From: Candidatus Latescibacterota bacterium | Lineage (GTDB): Bacteria > Latescibacterota > UBA2968 | Length of the DNA: 64,000 bases | Assembly: GCA_965207885.1 (NCBI GenBank) | Contig: OZ242311.1 | Coordinates: forward strand, 2,944,001-3,008,000 | Reading direction: 5' to 3' | Shown here: positions 58,498 through 64,000 of the stretch, piece by piece | How positions within the stretch are numbered: the first letter of the stretch is position 1 | Layout: every line of letters begins with the position of its first letter | Program-made: the position numbers and the translations under genes | The notes under the pieces: model-generated | Databases searched by the model: none | Seen by the model: the letters and a program-made list of their open reading frames with translations, nothing else | What the model was told of the DNA's origin: nothing

Positions 58498-59448
58498 ATG
58501 CGGCACAAAGCATTACTCATCTTTGCGGTAGCCATGTTCATCGGCTGTGGCGCGCCTCAGGATCGAGAGGATAAATTTCTCAGTGTGGGCACGGCGCCGC
58601 CCGGTGGTGCGTTTTTTGTTGTGGGGGGTGCGATTGCCCAGGTTGTCAACGATCACATGCCCTGGGAGGTTTCTGCCGAGGCCACCAAAGGTACGCAGGA
58701 GAATATTCGCCGCCTTTCGAGTGGGGAACTGGATTTTGCGCTGGCCAATGCCGCGATTTCCTATTTTGCCGTGCGCGGAGAAGGCGCCTGGGGAGAGAAA
58801 CAGAATATCAATGCGGTTATGACATTGGCGCCGAATGTCGCGCTTTTTATTGCGCCACAAAGCGCGGGTGTCAATGGTTTGGGCGATCTCAAGGGCAAGC
58901 GCGTTGTCGTTGGGCCAGCGGGTGCGGGATTTGAGTATTTCTTAAGACCCATCCTGAATGCGCACGGGGTCACTTATGACGATTTCACACCGCTTCACAA
59001 TACGCAGGCGGGAACGGTTGACATGCTCGCCGATGGATCGGCTGCGGCGGCTTTTTTAGGGGGCGCAGTGCCCACGGCCTCAATCACTCAGGCCAGTGCG
59101 TCTCAGGATATTTATTTTATTCCCTACGATGAGTCGGCCAAACAAAGCCTTTTTGAGACTTATCCTTTCTTTTTTGCCGCAACGATTCCCGCCAATACGT
59201 ACCGGGGACAAGCAGAGGATTTCGCCGGGATGAATGTCGGTTCTATGCATCTCATCACGCGGGCGAGTTTGAGCGAGGATACGGTTTACAATTTTACCAA
59301 AACGCTCTATGAACGCCGCGCGGAAGTCGTAAAAAAACACCCGGCGGGCAGGGCGATAAATCCCAAGAATATCGTTCGAGATACAGGGACGCCTTTTCAT
59401 CCGGGTGCGATAAAATATTTCAAGGAAATTGGTATCTGGCAGGATTAA
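58498..59448 (+). CDS. TAXI-family TRAP solute-binding lipoprotein
   Basis: Lipobox FIGC, GTAPPGG.F, T.GT.ENI, PFHPGAIKYFKE. Confidence 0.9.
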   Translation: MRHKALLIFAVAMFIGCGAPQDREDKFLSVGTAPPGGAFFVVGGAIAQVVNDHMPWEVSAEATKGTQENIRRLSSGELDFALANAAISYFAVRGEGAWGEKQNINAVMTLAPNVALFIAPQSAGVNGLGDLKGKRVVVGPAGAGFEYFLRPILNAHGVTYDDFTPLHNTQAGTVDMLADGSAAAAFLGGAVPTASITQASASQDIYFIPYDESAKQSLFETYPFFFAATIPANTYRGQAEDFAGMNVGSMHLITRASLSEDTVYNFTKTLYERRAEVVKKHPAGRAINPKNIVRDTGTPFHPGAIKYFKEIGIWQD

Positions 59449-59474
59449 ATGGTTTTGAAAATTAGTCAGGCTCT

Positions 59475-61361
59475 ATGACGCGCCTCCATTCCCACCTGTT
59501 TCGCATTATCTCTGCCCTACTCGGCCTTTTCATTCTGGTCGAAGTCAATTATCCGCAACTCTCACCACAAGCCCAGCTATCGGTTTTTGCCTTGCTGGGC
59601 TTGAGTCTTGTGTTTCTGAAATATCCGATCCATCCCAATAAATCTCTCCAGATCCTCGATCTCTTTTTTGTGCTGGCAGTTGTGTTCTGTTTTGGTTATG
59701 TGCTGACCCAAACCGAATCCCTCTTTCAATTTTCCTGGATCAATGGGCAATCTCTGGGCAATCGCGCGGGACTCGAACACGCGCTCGATCACGTTGTCGG
59801 CCTCATCGGGCTTATTCTGGTTCTCGAAGCCACCCGTCGCGCCATTGGTCTCACCCTGCCCTTGCTCGCACTCGCTTTTCTGATTTATGCCGCTTATGGA
59901 TATATCCTGCCCGACTGGCTTTTTCCTCACCGCGGATATAACTGGGAGCGCATTGTCTCTCAGACCTATCTCCACTCTCAGGGCGTTTTTGGCATCGCGT
60001 TGAAAGTGATGTTTACCTACGTTTTTCTTTTTGTACTTTTTGGCACTGTGCTCGAAGAGACCGGAGCCACGGGGTATATTCTGAATACGGCTCGTCGCAT
60101 CTTTCGCCATAGTACCGGGGGACCAGCCAAAGTGGCTGTTATTTCTTCGGGTATGATGGGGTCTCTTTCGGGCAGTGCTGTGGCCAATACGGCGACCACT
60201 GGCACGTTTACTATTCCGCTGATGCGCTCAACGGGCTTTCGTCCAACTGTGGCTGGCGGAATTGAAGCCGCAGCGAGTTCGGGTGGTGCGCTCGTTCCGC
60301 CGATTATGGGGGCGGGTGCATACATGATGCTCGAAATCGTCGAACCGGCTGTCACGTATTTGGAGATCATCAAAGCCGCTCTGGTTCCGGCAATTCTCTA
60401 TTACGCGGCTCTTTTGCTGATTGTCCATTTTCACGCCAAGCGCATTGGGGCGTCTGCAAGTGATCGAGAGGATCCTGAGCGCCCTCCCAGATTCCGGGGT
60501 CTGGTATTTCTCGTCGCTTTCATCACACTTATTGTATTTCTCATCCTGGGATACACGCCTTTCCGCGCCGTGAGTATCGCCCTACTCTTTGTGCTCATTG
60601 TCAGCGCGTTCAGCCCCACAACGCGCGTTGGTCCCCGCGCTATGGTCCGCGCATTGGAAAAGGCCGCGCACGGCGGTGTTTCGCTTATTGCAGCGGCTTC
60701 ATGCGTGGGTATTATTATCGGCGTTGTGACGCTCACTGGTATTGGCACAAAATTGCCGAGCACTTTGTTGCCGCTGGCGCAGAATAATATTATTCTGGCT
60801 TTGATTCTGCTGATGATCTCCACCATTATCCTGGGTATGGGCTTGCCTTCAGCCGTGTGTTATTTGCTTATGGCGACTCTGGTGGGCCCCGTTCTGAGCG
60901 ACCTCGGCATTGTGCCATTGGGAGCGCATCTGTTTATTTTTTATTTTGGCATGATGTCTATGGTTACGCCTCCAGTCGCGCTTGCTGCGTACACGGCTGC
61001 CGCGATTGCAAAGGCGAGTATTATGCAAACTGGCGTTACGGCTTTCCGCTTTGCCCTTGTGGGCTTTGCTTTGCCCTATGCCTTTGTTCTGCATCCCGAA
61101 ATTTTGCTCTTGTCCTCTGATTTTACTGCGATAGTCGCAAATATTCTCATCGTTTTGCTCGGCATTTTACCTCTATCAGCCGCCGCGGCCGGGCATGCCT
61201 TTGCCCCTTTGCCCACTTATCAGCGGATCCTTTTGCTCGCCGCGGCTCTTTTCTTATTTCTCACCCCATCAGGCGATGCCCGCCTCTTTTTGCAGGGTAT
61301 CGCGCTGCTCATCGCCGGTGTTATCGCGGTCTTAAACTATCGGTCTGCTCATCAGGACTGA
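59475..61361 (+). CDS. TAXI-TRAP fused permease
   Basis: GGPAKVAV, SGSAVAN, EAAASSGG...PPIMGA, GMGLP, TPPVA. Confidence 0.92.
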   Translation: MTRLHSHLFRIISALLGLFILVEVNYPQLSPQAQLSVFALLGLSLVFLKYPIHPNKSLQILDLFFVLAVVFCFGYVLTQTESLFQFSWINGQSLGNRAGLEHALDHVVGLIGLILVLEATRRAIGLTLPLLALAFLIYAAYGYILPDWLFPHRGYNWERIVSQTYLHSQGVFGIALKVMFTYVFLFVLFGTVLEETGATGYILNTARRIFRHSTGGPAKVAVISSGMMGSLSGSAVANTATTGTFTIPLMRSTGFRPTVAGGIEAAASSGGALVPPIMGAGAYMMLEIVEPAVTYLEIIKAALVPAILYYAALLLIVHFHAKRIGASASDREDPERPPRFRGLVFLVAFITLIVFLILGYTPFRAVSIALLFVLIVSAFSPTTRVGPRAMVRALEKAAHGGVSLIAAASCVGIIIGVVTLTGIGTKLPSTLLPLAQNNIILALILLMISTIILGMGLPSAVCYLLMATLVGPVLSDLGIVPLGAHLFIFYFGMMSMVTPPVALAAYTAAAIAKASIMQTGVTAFRFALVGFALPYAFVLHPEILLLSSDFTAIVANILIVLLGILPLSAAAAGHAFAPLPTYQRILLLAAALFLFLTPSGDARLFLQGIALLIAGVIAVLNYRSAHQD

Positions 61362-63620
61362 ATGGTCAGATCTTCTGGTCCGGATGATAGGGAAAGAACG
61401 GTGCTTTCATCAGGGGACAGGTTGATTTGCGCTGTTGTATTTTCCACAGAAAGCGCGATTTGATTTTCCGATGCAGTTATTGAAAAGTCGGGATCGCTCT
61501 CTCCGGGACCGCGAACAGAGAAAATCGCGGCAATCCGACAGCGTTCTACGCGCTCTGTCTCTGCTGTGAGATGCCATCGCTTTTCAGGCAATTCTTTATC
61601 AAGAGTTGGATATCCTTTATCTGGTGGTACTGGCCAGGCATTTGTCTGACTGAGGCGAAGGTCTGTTGATGCAAAAAGCTGACCCTTTAATGATGCGCCC
61701 TTGCGGCTGGATGTGACAGTCGTCGCATTGAGATCAAATTTTTCGAATGCGTGTAGCAACCACTGGAATGTCGATGCTTCGGGGGCTTCCAATTCATCGA
61801 CGAGAATCGTGATCGAAGGGCGGATCATCACGAGATGTCGCCTGTATCGGTTCAACCGGTCTCCGTAAGCGTTTTCGGCTTCGCCGCAGACATAGCCAAA
61901 CGGTTTTGTGGTCTTAAAATCGATAATTTCGCCGCCGCGGTTGCCATCCCGGTTGATCGCTCCTTCGCCATCGACGAGAACGCAGTTGTGTGAAACCGAG
62001 TGTTGGGCGTATTCGTTGTGAAATGGCGTGCCGTGATGCGGATACCGAAGGCCGCCAGCGCATATTAAAGCGCGTCCGCCTTTCATCACAGCAAAATCAT
62101 TCTGGCTCGCATGACCGTGGCTTACGCCGCCGAAGGGCGATGAACGGAAGAGTACCATAAAATCACTATCTGGGTGTTCGATATCGCTGTGCAATGCGCC
62201 CCAGCCAACGCCTCGAAAGACGCGGTCTTGTGGAATTAAATCTTTTTCTGGCGAGATGGGTTTATCTTCGAGCAGAATGCCCAGAAAGGGATCGATCTCT
62301 GCGGGCTGACCCTCAGGGTCGCGCACCTGATCCGCCCAGGCGCGTAGCTGATGATTGTGCAATCTAAGACCGTGAAATTGAAGAAAGGTTCTGGCCTGTG
62401 AGGCGCGAATGGGTTGGTCTTCGGTATCGCCAAATGGCATGAGTTCGCCGACTGGAGAAACGACGTAATAAAAAAAACCACGGCATGTTCTGATAATAGG
62501 GTTTTAGCCATATATCGTGTCCAGTTGCCAGTTTCCAGGCGTGAAAAGGTATTGCGTCCCGCGAGTTGTAAGACAGGCCATAGGGTACGCCCTGTGCCCA
62601 ACCTCCTTCGTGTCCGGCCCAATGGGGGAAATTTGTGGCAATAAGTTTGAGTGCATATTCCGCCCAGGAGGGAGCGCGTTCATCTTCGGCACATGCAATG
62701 GCGTGTTCGAGCAAAAATCCCGGTAGGCGACCGTTGTGGCTCTCTGCGGGCGTGAATGTATAATCGTGTTTCTCCAGCCTGCGAATCATCTGATCTGCCC
62801 GCGCGCCGAGCATGCGCGCGACGAGTTCGCGTTCGTTTTCGGTGAAAATATCATAGATCCAGTCATAGACTTCTGCGCCTGCTCTGAGCAATCCGAGGCC
62901 GACTTCGTCGCCATAAGGCGCGAGAATAGAGGATATGCCCTCCACATCCCACTGCGCGGCGTCAACAATAAAGCGCCGTGCGGCTTCGCCATATCGCTTT
63001 TCTCCAGTGAGTAAATAAAAGAGGGCGAGTGTTCGCATGCCTTCATCGTGAAATTTTCGCATGGTGCCAAAACATGCGACATAAGCCAGCCTGCGTTCGG
63101 CGGGGTCTTCAATCTGGTCGTATGTCGGCTCTGATGGCAGTTCGAGTGTGAGCGCGTGGTCGGCGTCGTTTCTCAGTGCTTCGAATGCTTCGGATCGAGT
63201 CGATGTTAGCGAGCGCCGCACATCTTCCAGGTCAGATGCCAGAAAGAAGAGACGCGGGCGTTCTTTTGGGACGTTTGCCAGCAGTGTAGCGGCGTCCGGG
63301 TGAGGTTGTTCGGTAGCGCAATCGGCAATTTCAAAAGATCGGGATTCCGAGCGCGCTCGAACCGCGCCACTTACAACGGCTTGCACATGCCATTCGTAAG
63401 TTCCGGGTGCAAAAACGCAATCTGGATGGTGTATGGGATCGGAGAGCAGAGGAGATTCGTAGTAGGATTTTCCAGCGCGTGCGACAATGACGCGATATTG
63501 ACATGCACCCCGATCAGCAGCCCGCCACCAGCTAAATCCGGGGGGTGAGAGTGTGAGCGTTTCACCGTCAAGTGGTCGGATATAATTGGCGCGCGGCGGA
63601 CGAATTGATGGAAATTCCAT
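61352..63620 (-). pseudogene. DUF4962/heparinase II/III-like polysaccharide lyase, frameshifted at a T8 tract
   Basis: ORFs 62364-63620 and 61352-62440 join if one base is removed from A8 at 62470-62477; GGWAQG..Y, PFGD, SHGHASQN, HNCVLVDG. Confidence 0.8.
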
Positions 63621-63639
63621 ATTTATGTCCTTTCTGTTT

Positions 63640-63999
63640 TTAAGACCACAATTCCGTGCCTTCGGGCAGGTGTTCTAATATTTCTTCTTCGTCTAATTCA
63701 ATGCCCAACCCGGGACCATCTGGCACGGTGATGTATCCATTTTGAATTGGATTTTTGATATTCAACATCTTTGACCAGAGAGGGATATTAGCGGAGTGAT
63801 ATTCCAGAGCCAGAAAGTTGGGTATGGTGGAACATATATGCACGGCTGCTATGCCGGCTACTGTGCTCGCCATATAATGCGGTGCGATTGACATGTGATA
63901 CATTTCTGCCAATTCTGCGATGCGCCGCGTTTCTATGGCACCACCACTGCGCGGTATGTCGGGTTCGAGCAGGTCGCACGCGCCTTTTTCCATGAGTTC
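63640..63999 (-). CDS. Mandelate racemase/muconate lactonizing enzyme family, C-terminal part (runs off window end)
   Basis: PDIPRSGG..E.RRIA..AE....IAPH, PNFLALE, PDGPGLGIELDE. Confidence 0.88.
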   Translation of the reverse strand, partial: ELMEKGACDLLEPDIPRSGGAIETRRIAELAEMYHMSIAPHYMASTVAGIAAVHICSTIPNFLALEYHSANIPLWSKMLNIKNPIQNGYITVPDGPGLGIELDEEEILEHLPEGTELWS

Positions 64000-64000
64000 T

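Noticed and set aside
1-64000. tRNA, rRNA, riboswitch or RiPP precursor peptide
   Set aside because: None recognized by eye; intergenic gaps in the cluster are short. An Infernal/Rfam scan and a small-ORF search would be needed to exclude them.

Overview
Bacterial DNA of roughly 50% GC. The gene content (Tat-exported sulfatases, dockerin/EF-hand-like 'DF.G.G.VDF.DFL.F...FG' modules, Rpn paralogs, many PQQ-like propellers, PhyH) resembles Latescibacterota-type or other marine/sponge-associated organisms; this is an inference, not a classification. (1) 1-18.7 kb is an accessory zone. Two apparently identical 937-bp IS5-family copies in inverted orientation bracket an 11.8-kb cargo (sulfatase-YHYH-YHYH-secreted protein-sulfatase, an IS4-family insertion, an Rpn gene, a truncated DUF488-RecQ fusion), and the outer flanks rejoin in frame, so it looks like a composite transposon. 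An S8 protease and a second Rpn gene follow. Both Rpn genes share a conserved leader with a sigma54-type -24/-12 promoter and carry an internal AGGAGG-N5-ATG start. (2) 18.8-29.3 kb is mostly housekeeping-like: UvrD helicase with a degenerate exonuclease insert, LpxH-like, glpK, TPR protein, purC, membrane transporter, PhyH dioxygenase. (3) 29.5-58.5 kb is the main candidate for an undescribed system. It holds six exported PQQ-like beta-propellers interleaved with a GriC/EhpF-like adenylating enzyme, a GriD/EhpG-like reductase, Fe-ADH, HemN-like radical SAM, TonB receptor, PaaK-like CoA ligase, flavin halogenase-like enzyme, GT4, thioesterase and an ABC exporter. This suggests import, tailoring and export of an unknown aromatic cofactor or metabolite. 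(4) 58.5-64 kb holds a TAXI-TRAP transporter, a frameshifted heparinase II/III-like lyase and a partial enolase-superfamily gene. No rRNA, tRNA or CRISPR array was seen. All calls come from motif recognition by eye; no database search was run.
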